DNA from: Eledone cirrhosa
Taxonomy: Eukaryota
Direction: 5' to 3'
Assembly (NCBI GenBank): GCA_964016885.1
Contig: OZ024743.1
Location: forward strand, 17,546,001 to 17,610,000
Length of the DNA: 64,000 nt
The notes beneath the pieces are model-generated. The model ran no database searches. It was given only the letters and a program-made list of their open reading frames with translations, and was not told where the DNA came from. A program made the position numbers and the translations under genes. Of the stretch, positions 40,511-53,476 are shown piece by piece. The stretch's first letter is position 1. Each line of letters starts with the position of its first letter.

Positions 40511-41837
40511 TCTTCTTTTTCTTCTTCTTATTAATGTTGTTGTTGTTATTGTTGTTTTGTTGTTGTCATAACCTGTGCCTTTTTGATCTGGTTAGTGTTT
40601 TTCGACCTGAATGACTAGATAGGTAAATTGGTATTAGTATTCTAAATATCAAATATTTTTCTAATAAGATGGCTTTCCACAAGTTTAAAGAAGAAAAGCA
40701 AAAAAACAAAACAAAAAAAACACTATCTCAAAAGCAACAGCATAAGCTTACAACAACAGCATCAACCATGCAATACTGACACTAAGAAGAACAATGCCAC
40801 CCCGAGTAACTACACCAATGCCTTCACCACCACAAACCACGATTGAATCAATAAAAGATAGTATATAAACAAAATAAAACATGAACAACGGTAATATAAA
40901 CAACAGCGACAACACAAGCGGTAGCATCAGTATGAACGAAAACATTAATAACGTCAACAATAAATCTGTGTTTGTTTCCGAAACACGACCTTGAAATGTT
41001 TTGAATGTAAGAGTTGGGCATAGATATTTCCTAGGCAGGAGAAAACGGTGGGCTGCCCAGAAGAGTGAAATTACAGAGAAATATTTAACACGCAGCAGCA
41101 AAAAGAACAACAATGCTTCTCAGGGAGAATTGCTTACTTGCCACCAAACCATTAAATCCTACCTTGATTAACTTGGTCAGATTTTGAATGTTTCAGTCGA
41201 ACCTCGTATTAAGTAAAAATGTACATGTGATCACATACGTTTCCATAAAAAAAAAGTCACCAAGAAAGCAAATGCTCAGATATTATTATTTGGTTATTAC
41301 TCGGATGAAGGAAGTAGATACACAATGCACGCAAGTTAGCCGGCGAGAAACATTTATCAAATACATTTATGTTTATGTTATTGATAAAATACATAATTTG
41401 ATGAATTCAGGCATACCCTGGGTGTGGGTAAGACTTGCTATTTTTTAAAAAATGATCTTCATTCTTTCATACAATTTTTGACGTTCTCCAGTTAACCTTA
41501 GAAATCTCCTCCAAGCCAAACCACTGAAATATGATTTTACTCAATTTTATTTTTTACTTTCATATCGATTTATTATGGATAAGCACATCTCCCAGAAGAA
41601 TACTTTCGTTTTTGGCTCCCTTTACGAGCTATATAGTTCGATAATACTCTTTGTTCACTGTTTTGTTGTTGTATATTTTGATATCTGAATGTAGTAAAAT
41701 TTATCTCCCTTCCCATCAAATTTATATGTTTTCTATTTGACTGTCAGCCTTCTACTTTATTCATCCATGTATCTTTGAATATAATTCTTGATTATATATA
41801 GATAAACACCCACACACATGCACACACACACCCATAT

Positions 41838-41921
<84 letters not shown>

Positions 41922-42719
41922 CACAGATAACATACGGTATGAATATGTATATATATATAAATATATATATATATATACCTCCTATCTTTTTTTCACTGAT
42001 GGTTGAACCACAGATACACACACACACAGAGCGTATTGCCTTGCATAATATTCCATGGATAATTTTATGCTAAGAAAAATATTCTCCCGTATAAATGTAG
42101 GATATTATGTAAATCGGGGTGAATTATGTTAAAAGTTAATCGCTCCCCGAAAGTTTTTCCTCCTGCATTTCATCACAATGATGATATTGGTACATTGAAT
42201 TTTTGTTTCATACTGTTTGAAAACGATGCGTTTTATACATCATGGCATTACCCGGGTCGCACCACTTACATCACCATAATGAATAGGTGTAGCTGAGATA
42301 AACACAATTCCTTCAAAATACCTACTCCAGAAATCATTATGAAGTTATATCAATATTGTATTTTATGAGAGTTTATACAATATCCTATTCGGTTTGTTCT
42401 GTTTGTATTTGTGTAATTAAACTCCCTTTTTTCCTATATAATTTATTCCTTCATTAACATAATACAAAAGACGTTTGACTCTCAAATATAATCTCTGATT
42501 TTGTATTGGTGTAGGTGCTTAATTCATATACATATCTTATGGGTATTTCGCGTACTTATATTTCAATGTGTTTTATATTTATAAACTCTACACTATTTCA
42601 TTAACACTCACGCCATTAATTTTCGGTCCCTTCTTCCCATCATGTTATGTTCTCTTTCTCTCTCATTCCCTCTCTTCTGTATGTGTGTTTTTGTTTATGT
42701 ATGCGATTGCATGTCTCCG

Positions 42720-42760
<41 letters not shown>

Positions 42761-42786
42761 ATGTGTGTGTGTGTGTGTGTGTGTAT

Positions 42787-43147
42787 GTCGGTCACTCTTG
42801 AGTGCTATTGGTAATGTGTAACCCAGTACGACCTGTCGCAAAGTCGGATCGTCGGTGACTAAACCGGTAACCCCACTAAGATTAATTGGTGAGGAGGCTG
42901 ATTTTGAACACCCTGCAGGACAAAAAGCAAAAGCTGACAAAGGGCGGAAGTAATCATTAAGAGTCAACGGCCATCCAAAAGTGTTCAAATACGTATATAG
43001 ACGGTGCGGTTAAATCACTGGGAGTGAAGGACACCCGGCCTTTTTCAGGGCAGTCTTCTAGGAGAAGGCAACTCAAGAAACTGGGATAGCTCTGATATAA
43101 AACCTACGGCTCAGTAGTTACCGATCATGTTGATCTTTTCAGTCATC
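42787..43147 (+). mobile_element. Probable RTE-related SINE or 5' UTR fragment
   Basis: GC-richer insert between microsatellites. The motifs ggagaaggcaactc and ataaaacctacggctc recall RTE 5' ends (from memory, not searched). Confidence 0.4.
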
Positions 43148-43216
43148 ATATATATATATATATATATGTGTATGTGTGTATATATATACGTATATATATA
43201 TATATATATATATATC

Positions 43217-44058
43217 TAAGCTTTCACCGTATTTTAGACTAAAGAAATTTCTAGCCTGATAATGGGGTTTATAACTCTCGGAGAAATGGAAAAAGATGAG
43301 TGTTGCCCTACATGGGAGTCGAACCCACATCTTTGGTTATCCAGACCACTGTGCTACCATTACACCAATACACATCCCATCTCCTTCCATTCGAATTAGA
43401 AGCTATGAACTTAGCAAGTAAATGATAAACAAGCAAATTATAAACGTAAATATGTAAGTATGTTTTTGAAACGGTGCGCGAGTTTGAAATTAGAAATTAG
43501 AAATGATAAGCTTTCACCGTATTTTAGACTAGCGAAATTTCTCGCCTGATAATGGCGTTTATAACCCTCGGAGAAATGGAAAAAGATGAGTGTTGCCGTG
43601 CATGGGAGTCGAACCCACATCTTTGGTTATCCAGACCACTGTGCTACCATTACACCAATACACATCCCAGCTCATTCCATTCGAATTAGAAGCTACGAAC
43701 TTAGCAAGCAAATGATAAACAAGCAAATTATAATAAACGTAAACATATAAGTTTTTTTTTGAAACGATGCGCGAGTTTGAAATTAGAAATTAGAAATTAT
43801 AAGCTTTCACCGTATTTTAGACTAAAGAAATTTGTAGTCTGATAATGGGCTTTATAACCCTTGGAGAAATGGAAAAAGATGAGTGTTGCCGTACATGGTA
43901 GTCGAACACACATCTTTGGTTATGCAGACCACTGTACTACCATTACACCCATACATATCCCATCTCGTTCCGGTGAAAGCTTATCATTTCTAATTTCTAA
44001 TTTCTAACTCGCGCACCGTTTCAAAAACATACTTACATGTTTACGTTTAGAATTTGCT

Positions 44059-44122
<64 letters not shown>

Positions 44123-44399
44123 TGAGTGTTGCTGTACATGGTAGTCGAACACACATCTTTAGTTATCCAGATCACTGTGCTACCATTACACCAATACACA
44201 TCCCATCTCCTTCCATTCGAATTAGAAGCTATGAACTTAGCAAGTAAATGATAAACAAGGAAATTATAAACGTAAACATGTAAGTTTGTTTTTAAAATGT
44301 GCGCGAGTTTGAAATTAGAAATTAGAAATGATAAGCTTTCACCCTATTTTAGACTAGAGAAATTTCTAGCCTGATAATGGTGTTTATAACCCTCGGAGA

Positions 44400-44401
<2 letters not shown>
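43217..44401 (-). repeat. ~290-bp tandem repeat containing a tRNA-derived Pol III promoter
   Basis: Units start at ~43218, 43508 and 43801. Inverted piece 43972-44060. Extra monomer 44121-44401. Minus-strand A box TGGTGTAATGG and B box GGTTCGACTCC. Confidence 0.9.
43304..43376 (-). pseudogene. tRNA-like head (Gln-like D arm), not a functional tRNA
   Basis: D arm GTG-taatggtag-CAC, anticodon arm TGGT-ctggata-ACCA, T arm GTGGG-ttcgact-CCCAT. Acceptor stem poorly paired. Four copies. Confidence 0.7.
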
Positions 44402-44496
<95 letters not shown>

Positions 44497-44696
44497 GGTT
44501 TGAGGTTCACCACTGTATAGAGCTGATCTATTCCGTATGGTCAATCGTAATGCAATAATATAGAGAGTACTCAACGTAAAGCAGTTCAACCGTCTTTGTT
44601 TTTGTAGTTGGTGGTGCTATTACGGAGTTAAATATTATAATGAAATGATTTTCAGCCCCATGGATTTTACCTATTACATTCACGTATTATATTTCG

Positions 44697-44755
44697 AATT
44701 CCTGATGATATCACCGGATTCATACGGAACCCGGTCATTGAAATGATCATAGTAT
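44697..44755 (+). ncRNA. Hammerhead motif in a solo pLTR (44495-44805)
   Basis: CTGATGA T ATcACCGGaTTC atacg GAACCCGGTCAT T GAAAT GATC ATA. Confidence 0.65.
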
Positions 44756-44809
44756 AATAAACCTTTCAAGGATTTACACAAATCCAGCCTCCTGTCATTT
44801 CATTATATA

Positions 44810-44856
<47 letters not shown>

Positions 44857-44860
<4 letters not shown>

Positions 44861-46470
44861 ATACTTTAGGAGGGTCATGTTGCCATTAAATTTAATGGAA
44901 AAACATATGCCCAAGAGGATGGAGCAGCCATTGGTATAAGCATTGCAGGCGACATAGCTAAATTTATTCATGGTATGGTGGGACAGTAGACTTAAACTTA
45001 TACTTAAAGAACAATTAGAAGACCCCTTAACCCTGATAATGTACTCCCGCTACGTTGATGATATAAACATCGTAGTTAAAACACCCCCACTAGAGAACAG
45101 TCAGGAATTAGAGAAAAACACAATGGAAAGCATCCAGCAAATAGCTAACTCCATCCACCAGAGTATTAGAATTACTATAGACTACCCAAGTAAACACCCC
45201 AACCATCGATTACCTGTACTAGACACAGAGCGCTGGTTAGATACCATAAATAACAAAAAACAGATCCTCCATTCCCATTATGCCAAACCCATGATTTCCA
45301 AATATCTGATCCACCGAAACTCAGCTGTTTCGGACCATACCAAAATCAACATACTGATTGCAAATTTGGTACGGGTGATGAGAAACGTGTCCCGCATGTG
45401 CAACCCCGAAGAACTAGAGAGACACATACAACACTTCATCCACCGTATGCAGTTCTCTGGCTACAATCAGAGAGATAAAATCAGAGTGTATAGAGGAGCC
45501 AGAACCAAATGGTAAAAAATGGTAAATAATGACACACATGGGACCTGCCCCTTGTATAGGAGCAAATTCTGGAATAGAATAGAAAGAACAAGGAATAAGG
45601 CTAATAGAATAAACTCATGGTATGATAGCAATAAATACCAGAGTGTAATGTCCATCGATACAACATCTAGTGGTGAATTAGCTTACACATTTAGAAGGGC
45701 CCTAGATAAACATAAACTCAATATTAAGATAGTAGAAAGACCAGGTACCTTCGCAAAAAAACACTTATTAGCAAGACATACCCTTTTCAAAGACCCCCTG
45801 TATAGATAAGAAATGTATAACCTGTAAATTAAGCCCCCATATTAACTGTAAAACTAGAAATGTAGTATATAACATAAGATGTACTGAAGGACAATGGAGA
45901 GACAAAAATATAGTGTACATAGGTGAGACAGGTCGTATTGTAGGGAAACGGATAAATGAACACTGGCGAGACCTTCAAGATAGTAAAGAATCATCTGTAC
46001 TCTACCAACATGCTAAAATAGAACATAAGGGTAAGTTAGAGAACATAGAAATAAAAATAGAATCTACACACATAAAAGACGCAATCACAGAGGCAATAAA
46101 CATAAAAGAATTACAACCAAAATTAAATAGAAAACATGAGTGGAACAGCAATATCACAACTTACAATTAAGGACAAAATGAAAATACACACGCACATAGA
46201 ACAAACAACCAACCTGTAACATGTAAATAAACAATTTACGAATATAAACACACACAGGCAATCGAATGTGGCGCATGCGCAGACTGAGCCCACAACACAC
46301 ACACAGAAACAATATGGCGTAGGACAGAATAAAGGAGAGGCACAAAAACAAAGAACAGAATCCCCAGTCACTGAAGAGGTCACACAATGTGTGACGAAAT
46401 AACTTTGTCAATATATAAACAACCATCTCGTTGTGGAACCAACCAACCAACCGGAAATTTGTAAATTCCT
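44857..46470 (+). mobile_element. 5'-truncated PLE, clade 2 (RT core + GIY-YIG + pLTR)
   Basis: YAQEDGAAIG, YSRYVDD, DYPSKH..LPVLD, HYAKPM, YIGETGR, PKLN. HHR CTGAAGA G GTCACAC aat GTGTGAC GAAA at 46371. Confidence 0.92.
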
Positions 46471-46651
46471 AAATTTATAAATTAATTATAATAAATTAAT
46501 TAAAATAAATTGAAGTAAAAGCATCTGGTGCGTATGTTTCATATTGGCAACATGACCCTCACAAAGTATAACAATATCGGTTTCAACACACGTTTTCAGA
46601 TAAAGAATCTTGCTAAACAAGTTCAGAAACGAAATATATATATATATATAT

Positions 46652-49600
46652 AGTAATAATAATAAAATTGAAGACTGAAATCCAAAGAGGGCTCGATAAG
46701 GAAAATATATATCAAATATATAAGAACCGTAGAGCAAATATTTATTAAAATAACAGATTAAAGTTTAAGCAAAGAATCGCTGCTTTCACCCTTAACGGGA
46801 TCTTCTGAAACTAACAAAGTCAATCTGTAAACGCAGAACTGGATATTTCAAAAAACGTTGCAACCGGAGGAAGACAGGAAGACGATACTTTGGTTCGTGG
46901 TAACGTTCGCTGGCAAAGAACGGGAAAAAACGAATAATACGTCATTAATAGGAGCGGTGAAAAACAATTACGCGCAAAGACAAAACCACGTTTATGGTAT
47001 AAAAGAGGTCGTAGACTAATGTTCTCTTAGGTGGTGCATAGAGACGTTCTCTGGCAATGAACGAAAATACGAAGATAATAAGTCGTATGTGGAGCGTGGA
47101 GAACAATAGCGTGCAAAGACAAAACCACGTAAATGGTATAGCAGAAATCGTAGACTAAAATTCTAACTAGGAGACCAAATGAATCTCCGCTACAGAGTTA
47201 AGAACAAAGTAAATAAATACAATACAGTAATAGAGACAAATACATACATACACGCAAACAGATACGTACATACACAATGATACGCAAAACCTTTCCATGG
47301 GTATACAAAACCACGCACATATATATATGTGTGTGTGTGTATGCTTGTGTACAAATAAATAAATAATTATATACACGTATATAAGTAAATAAATACGTAT
47401 ATAACAAGCGCACACGCATACCTACATATAAATACACGAATGTTCGGAGACGTAAGTCAACTAAAACAAGAAGTACACATATACACACACCCACCATACG
47501 TACGAACCTGCACACTCGCCGGACGCAAAACTCCCGTATACACATAGCCAAACCCTAAATACCAGAATATGTAAAAATTATACGCTATAACAGTCAAATA
47601 TACGTACGAGGAGGTATACATACCTTCACAAAACATACGGGTAATATATACTTACCTATGCAAATAAGTAAAGGAATAAACAAAACATATATTTAGCTCC
47701 CACATCAAGACGTAAAATATCCATGTATAGATCGTGCTATCCGTTAGGGTATAACGTGGGGCTGTAATACAGGAAAGTTTTGTGCAATTTATGTTTACAA
47801 GCCGAAATTGCCTCAGATTTTTTGTTTAAGATGTGGTCTGTAGCGTAGAGTATTTCCAGGGCCTCAGCGGCGCAGAGGTCTCATGGTCTTTTATTTCCGT
47901 TATACGATCTAGCCCTAGCTAGGATCTCCCAGTGTAACTTACATTGGGTGTGGTTGTCTTTTAGACTCCAGATATAAGCTGAAAGTGACGTCATATTCCT
48001 TCTTAGAGGGTAACGAAAAGACTGGGTATGCATGTAAAGACGCTGCTTGAAACTATTGGCGGTTAACCCTATGTAGGCCCTACGGGACGTGGGTGTTACA
48101 ACCTTACATTTGTAGACAATGTTACTAGAGAGGCATTTCCCGGATAGGGGGCAATCAGCACGATTCCTACAATTACAGTTAGTACTAACTACAGGGTTGC
48201 ACGTGTTCCTACGGCTAGGTAGTTTAGCTAAATTTGAAGCTGTGATGTTATGTGCAATGTTAGGAGTCGTAGAGTAAGACATTTTAATAGTATTTCTATT
48301 AAGAATTTTACTATATTTATGTGTAGGGGGAAAATGCTTCGTAATAAGGGAAAGAAAGATCTTAGCTAATGGTGTGGCTACCTCCATATTATATGGTGGG
48401 TTAAACCAACAAATGCGGCGGGATCTATTTCTTCTAGGTCTATTTTCGTACTCTGTATATGCTACCTTATCGACAAATCCACTTCGAGCAAGAGCTTCAT
48501 TGTAATAAGTGGAATGGTCGTTGAAAATGCGCTCGTTGGTGGAAAGACGGGAAAGCCTCAACGAAACGTTTCTTACCAGGTTCTTGGTTATGCTGGCAGG
48601 ATGGTTGGAATGCTTACTTATGTAATTAAGCGTATCATTCGGCTTTCTATACTGGTAATACAACCCATTCAATAAATTGAGGGTAACGTCGAGGTAATTA
48701 ACGACCGAGAGATTGGCCTCAACCTGTATAGAGAGGTTGAAGCCTTTAAAGAAGGCTGTGAGTTCTTTTCTGAACCTGTCGCAAGCACGAGATCCGCACT
48801 TAGTCATGGTCAAAAGACCATCGTCACGGTACAAACCACCGCCCGCGTTGGGGAATTCGTCCTTGATAGAGAAAAGAAGGAAAAGGCCAATAAGATCAGT
48901 AACCTCCGCAGAGTCACTGGCGCCCATACTCACGTCGAATGGGGTAATATTGGATTTTTTAATCCAAATAGAGTCGTCGAAATTAATCACCGACTTTCGG
49001 GCATTAAGGATGACATCAACTTCAAAATCCTTAACCACTGTGAGTGTTTTAGCGAAATTGATAGCTCTAAGGAGAAGTGGTAAAGTGATGGAGGAGTAGT
49101 AATTGTTGATGTCGAATTGGATAAAACGGCAATGTTCCTTGTTACATATGCCGTTGAACCAATCAATCACCGCGAAAGAATTGTTCCACAGTGCGAGAGG
49201 GGCCAAACTTCTAATTTCAGGTATAATTCTATCAAGAATCGTTTTACTAAGTCTACCTAAATCGGACTTCGTAGGGTTAATAAGCCGAATAGAGGGGTTG
49301 TTCGGAAAATTGGATTTGTGATCCTTCAGGGTAAAGTGGGGAGAGATAGGGTCCAGAGGTTCGGTCCGGTCCAGGATGTTGAGATCAGATGTGATTTTAA
49401 ACCCAGCATCGTTGATTTCATTGATGACGCACCGATTAGTTTTACGGTAATCCTTAGTTACAGCATTATGTAGTAGTTGATGGTAAGTACTGCGCTCCAC
49501 ATGATATAGGTTGCCAGTTTTGTCGGAATGGACGTGCACGGCGTTAGAATCCTTAATAGAACGAATACTATTCTTCAGGTCTTGCTGGAAGGAATTGTTC

Positions 49601-49770
49601 CTATTCCGAAATTTGATATTCCGAATGAGTTCCAAGACCTCATTTTCGAAGGGTAGCAATGCTGGGTTCCACGGAGGGTTATTATAAGTTTTAAATCCAA
49701 ATTTATCCTGTTTGTTGTCTGCTTTTCGCGGATTATCAAAATAAAAGGCACGCCAACGCAACCTTTTAAT
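46652..49770 (-). mobile_element. Near-complete PLE (RT + GIY-YIG; probably Hydra-like clade) with ~1.1-kb 3' region
   Basis: 626-aa ORF. The 3' terminus matches fragments at 12938, 29493 and 63594. Linking that terminus to this ORF is inferred from adjacency. Confidence 0.9.
47881..49761 (-). CDS. PLE reverse transcriptase + GIY-YIG endonuclease (5'-truncated; homology continues past the TGA to 47737)
   Basis: DKTGNLY, LKDHK, FIQFDINNYYSSI, FDVSMGASD, GLYRDDGL, YLDVTLNL, SNHP, WFNPPY, CNC..CPL, IVY..YIGLT..FKQR..H. Confidence 0.95.
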   Translation of the reverse strand: MRWRAFYFDNPRKADNKQDKFGFKTYNNPPWNPALLPFENEVLELIRNIKFRNRNNSFQQDLKNSIRSIKDSNAVHVHSDKTGNLYHVERSTYHQLLHNAVTKDYRKTNRCVINEINDAGFKITSDLNILDRTEPLDPISPHFTLKDHKSNFPNNPSIRLINPTKSDLGRLSKTILDRIIPEIRSLAPLALWNNSFAVIDWFNGICNKEHCRFIQFDINNYYSSITLPLLLRAINFAKTLTVVKDFEVDVILNARKSVINFDDSIWIKKSNITPFDVSMGASDSAEVTDLIGLFLLFSIKDEFPNAGGGLYRDDGLLTMTKCGSRACDRFRKELTAFFKGFNLSIQVEANLSVVNYLDVTLNLLNGLYYQYRKPNDTLNYISKHSNHPASITKNLVRNVSLRLSRLSTNERIFNDHSTYYNEALARSGFVDKVAYTEYENRPRRNRSRRICWFNPPYNMEVATPLAKIFLSLITKHFPPTHKYSKILNRNTIKMSYSTTPNIAHNITASNLAKLPSRRNTCNPVVSTNCNCRNRADCPLSGKCLSSNIVYKCKVVTPTSRRAYIGLTANSFKQRLYMHTQSFRYPLRRNMTSLSAYIWSLKDNHTQCKLHWEILARARSYNGNKRP

Positions 49771-49796
49771 GGATACAGTTTAGTTAAAAGGAGTTT

Positions 49797-49835
49797 ATTG
49801 ACACGTGTTTCTATAACAGTTACATAATCTGAAAA
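49797..49835 (-). ncRNA. Divergent hammerhead-like motif
   Basis: CAGATTA TGTAA ctg TTATA GAAAC ACGT GTC. Confidence 0.45.
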
Positions 49836-49849
49836 CAGCTGCTATCTAC

Positions 49850-50028
<179 letters not shown>

Positions 50029-50159
50029 TATACACACACACAAGGGCAATATATCTGCGTGTCTGGGGACATTGATATACTTGTCAACGAAACTATATAT
50101 ATATATATATATATTGACGAAACATAAGTCAATTGCATGAACTCATAATCCTTTATTTT

Positions 50160-50215
50160 ACTGCTATATATATTTCGATGATGGTCATTAAATGGCTATG
50201 ACCTCATCAGGCAGT
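50160..50215 (-). ncRNA. Hammerhead motif in a solo pLTR
   Basis: ACTGC CTGATGA GGTCAT...ATGACC atcatc GAAA TATATA TA GCAGT: 5-bp stem I. Confidence 0.7.
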
Positions 50216-50397
50216 TAGTCAGTTCTTAGATATGCTAGCTCTCTGTGTATAGTGTTGATGGTATCTGAGCCTTGGGACATATGGCATATGTATATATATA
50301 TACGTGTGAATAATGGTAGCTATAGTGCTTTCATAGGCGGTATGCCAAAATTAGCACTCATTATTCTTACAGAGCAGAGTGTGAATAGTATAAAAAA

Positions 50398-50630
50398 ATG
50401 CATCTGGACTCATTTTATTGCGTGTTACAAATGTTTCTCCGACAGGTAGCTCGAGACATGATAACTGTATGGATCTGGCTGATTCTACGGCTGCAGGTTC
50501 CTTCGGACATGTGCAACTCTTTCGGAGCAAAATTTCAACCGCCGAATCAGCCAGATCCATACAGTGATCATGTCTCGAGCTACCTGCCGGCGAAACAATT
50601 GTAACACGCAATAAACTGAGTCCAGATGCA
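50398..50630. repeat. GC-rich inverted repeat (~88-bp arms, ~57-bp spacer), probable pLTR fold-back
   Basis: 50398-50486 mirrors 50544-50630. Contains CGAAAC AATT GTA. Confidence 0.85.
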
Positions 50631-50650
50631 TCACTGATTTTTCGTTTTCA

Positions 50651-50719
<69 letters not shown>

Positions 50720-53476
50720 TATATGTATGTATATAAGTATATGTATGTATGCATATAAGTATATATTATTCACGGAATCATAATACCAGTATGAGCATCC
50801 ATTGTACTGCAACATCGTGCCACGCCCTATCTTGTTCAATGGTAACTGGAACGTCTATTTCTGTAATATACCGGAGTCTATGTAATTTATGCTTGTGTCT
50901 GATGTATTCAACAGTAAGTGTACATTGGCTTTTCATAGATATTTTTTGCAACATTATTTTAAAAGATATAATTGTCCCCCACCTCGTCTTGATGTGTGTT
51001 CACAGGTAGAGTTAATTTAAAAAGAAATGTCTATTCATGTTTTGTCGGTATTTACACTATTTGTACCTGGAAATGTTGCATAATTTACGGATATATATGC
51101 CTATCGTATTAAACATTAATGTGTGTTTTTAGTTTAAGAAGATATCCCTATACCTTCTTAAAATCCATTCGAAATACCGTTACGTAGTGATATATGTCCT
51201 AATTTTCGTAAGGTTTATTAAAATGAATGCGATAGGCGTTCATGATTCATGTTTAAAATTGTAATTGTGTTTTAAAGATAGCTGGGCATAGCTAGAGATC
51301 CGTTTATGAAATAGGACCAAGTATATAGAAATGTAGTGACGAACGAACATATGGTTCTATGCGCAGTTAGTACAATTAAGAGATCCATTCAACAAGATGC
51401 CTGCTTCATTGCAGGATTCTCGTCAATCAATTACAAATTTTTCATTGAAATCCAATCAAAATATAATGTATTTGATTTTTAATAACGATACATGTGCAAT
51501 AGCTTTTTTTATAAAAATTGTAGAATATCAAAAGATAAGATGCTGTTCACAAGTTTAATATAACGATTTGATGAGCACTAAGTATTGCATACACTGACAT
51601 TGGATTGAAATATCTCATGAGATATATATTCTGTTGGTTAATACAGTAGAAAAAGACACTTAAAGACACATTCTTTTTCATCAATCTCCTGATATTGTCG
51701 CATATTTATGAATTGGGGAATATTAAATATTGGGCAATATGAAATATTGGGGAATATGAAATAGCAATCCTAGTGTGATCGAAAGATAGATTTCCTTATG
51801 CTTTACTTATATGCTCCTTCGCTAGATATGAATATGTGTTCTTTAACAATAGTTTGATAGAACGAAGGATATATGTAAACATGTTAAACGTCGTTTGCGA
51901 TATTACGAAGCACAACTTGCACACATGGACTGAGGTGAAAGAATATTCTTCCCCGATGTTTACGGCTAAAACGTATGTATGATCCTATGCAAATCTTAAG
52001 TAGCTAAAACATACATAACGATCGCAATTAAAGTAATATATAACTTATTGAGAATACATTTACCAAATGCTTCATCATGGAGTAAATTGTATTTAACATA
52101 CATTTTTAAATGTATGAAAAGATACATATTTTTGTACACATTACTCGTCAACTTCTATACATTATTTGTAACACAAATATGTGTTATATATTGCGCATGA
52201 AATTGTAGACCTTCACAAATATATTATTGCTTTTTTCGGTAATGCAAAAAATGTTCATATTTTTTAAACAGAACATTCATCAATAAAATCGCTGCAGTTC
52301 AATTTAAACTGATATTTAACTTATTTAATGTTGAACTAATATTATAATTATCAATCAAATGCTTGAATATATTCTGATGCTATTACTCTAGATCAACTAG
52401 ACGTGTAATAATCGTAGAATCTACTTTGTTGTGAACATTGTATCTGCATGTTTCTCTCATAGATATGATGCACGACAAAATGATACTGTTCGCAGCATTC
52501 AATTACAGTTTCTGTATGTGCTATATTTCGAATGAAATTTTGAATTGCTACATTTTACTTTAATATAAAGGGAAATATGATTGATTGCAGATTTGATATG
52601 GCATGGCTCTATATTTTGGGAAAGGCAGCAAGTTAGTGGAGAGTTTGTCATACAATTTACAGAAATAAAATCTGATATTAAAATGAGTTAGATACAATAC
52701 ATTCACAATGCATACAGTGTCAGACAGTTAAACTATGCATATTCAGATTTAGAGTGGCACATAAACAATTGTACTACTCAGAATGCGTCTTTTCTCTATA
52801 ATTGTGTAGAAAATCAATAGAAAGGTCACATAACTTTACATTTTCTGTTTAAAAAATCATATCCGTTCTGACAATTTCAACCATTATATTCACACAATAA
52901 ACTTGTTAATAGGTTGCCATCTAACAAGAAATATGAAATACACATTTTAAAGAAATATATATATATTCAATAAATAGAATAATAAAAACATTGTCTCTTT
53001 AGTATTTTCATTTTGATGTAATGTATTTTAATGTATTAAAATGTCTCATGTTCTGAATCATTTTTCTTTAGTTTCACACAATTCTGAACGCACGAATTAA
53101 TTTGATTTGCAACTTTTTCATATTGCAGTATAATTTAATATTTGCATCATTTATTTTTTCTGTGTATGGTTCGTTTATTTTCCTGAAGATTTTGTCTTAC
53201 CTGTTCATTCTTGTGAAATCATGAATCAATTATAAAAAGTAATTTACACCGGAGAATATTGGGGCTGATATTGGTTCCTATGAGAATTATTCCCAATGTG
53301 CCTATTATCCTGTCCTCGTTGAAAATTAATTTATTATGTTCTTGCATTAAAATATAAAATCAACAATATACATCGCAATTATGTACAGTAGTCATTGCAA
53401 TTAAATTGCATATAAAAGGGTTGTGTTCGTATTTAATGAATAGAAGATGCCTGTCCAATATATATATATATATATA

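Noticed and set aside
40745-40960. Hydrophobic 121-aa ORF 40748-41113
   Set aside because: Derived from a decayed (CAA)n-like tract.
43217-44401. Functional tRNA gene cluster or CRISPR-like array
   Set aside because: Acceptor stems are broken, B boxes are mutated in two copies, and whole units repeat with no unique spacers.
48713-49321. Plus-strand ORFs inside the PLE
   Set aside because: Antisense shadows of the RT ORF.
51712-51762. Three 17-bp tandem units
   Set aside because: Ordinary minisatellite.
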